Assembly (NCBI GenBank): GCA_964016885.1
Contig: OZ024746.1
Span: 19,158,001-19,222,000, forward strand
Origin: Eledone cirrhosa
Taxonomy: Eukaryota
Reading direction: 5' to 3'
Length of the DNA: 64,000 nucleotides
The notes under the pieces were generated by a model. That model was not told the DNA's origin. It saw nothing but the letters and a program-made list of their open reading frames with translations, and did not search any database. Positions within the stretch are counted from its first letter, which is position 1; each line of letters begins with the position of its first letter. Below are positions 63,499 to 64,000 of the stretch, piece by piece. A program made the translations under genes and the position numbers.

Positions 63499-64000
63499 AG
63501 CATCAGTAATGCACTGGGGTCGATTTAATTGACATTCCCCTCCCAAAAAATTGTCAAAACTTGTGCATAAATCAGAAACCATTATTTACTAAACCCTTGA
63601 TGGCTGTGTGGGGAATTGGCAGTATCGGTAGAGGGTTGGATGCCATATTTTCTAGCATAGTTACATCCCTTTACAGTCAGAGTTCAAATCTTGGCGAGGT
63701 TAACTTTGCCTTTCATCCTTACGGGGGTCGATAAAATAAAGTACCAGTAATGTACTGGGTAATTGCTGGCCTTGTGCCTAAAGTAGAAACAATCATTTAC
63801 TAAACCCCTGAAGGTTGTGATATTGTCTATTCCTGACATTTAGATAAACTGGAGCACTTGGAATTTCATGAATTTCTCAAATCCACAATTCAATGCTGAC
63901 AGAACTCAAGACATGAGTTAATAGTCCAAAACTATGTCAAAGGGAGGGGGGGGACAAGGGGTTGTTCCCAGCGAAAAGACCCAGAGTTCAGCACACACAC

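Noticed and set aside
63825-63845. Candidate gelsolin start exon (ATG TCA G on minus)
   Set aside because: Followed by GA rather than a GT donor; the start exon is left unassigned.

Overview
This is AT-rich, microsatellite- and repeat-dense animal genomic DNA. The SINE families and gene content suggest a coleoid cephalopod such as Octopus (inference). Two spliced protein-coding genes can be rebuilt by hand and they face each other tail-to-tail. GID8/TWA1 (CTLH complex subunit) is on the + strand, with 4 coding exons at 41567-44661 giving 226 aa. A three-domain gelsolin-like (severin-size) gene is on the - strand, with 12 exons at 60655-47796 giving about 370 aa; its start exon was not located. 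A candidate ETS/YY1-rich promoter at about 7.9-8.36 kb may drive GID8 through a roughly 33 kb 5'-UTR intron. The rest is mobile DNA: tRNA-derived SINEs; CRE-, R4/Dong-, RTE- and CR1/L2-type LINE fragments; an internally deleted mariner; piggyBac, hAT and TcMar MITEs; and Helitron MITEs. The most striking non-gene signal is about a dozen hammerhead-ribozyme motifs of the minimal type-I kind known from Penelope-like elements, often in inverted-repeat pairs. The best is a near-perfect hairpin of about 415 nt (27262-27676) with an intact hammerhead core on each arm. Almost all ORFs in the supplied track are spurious.
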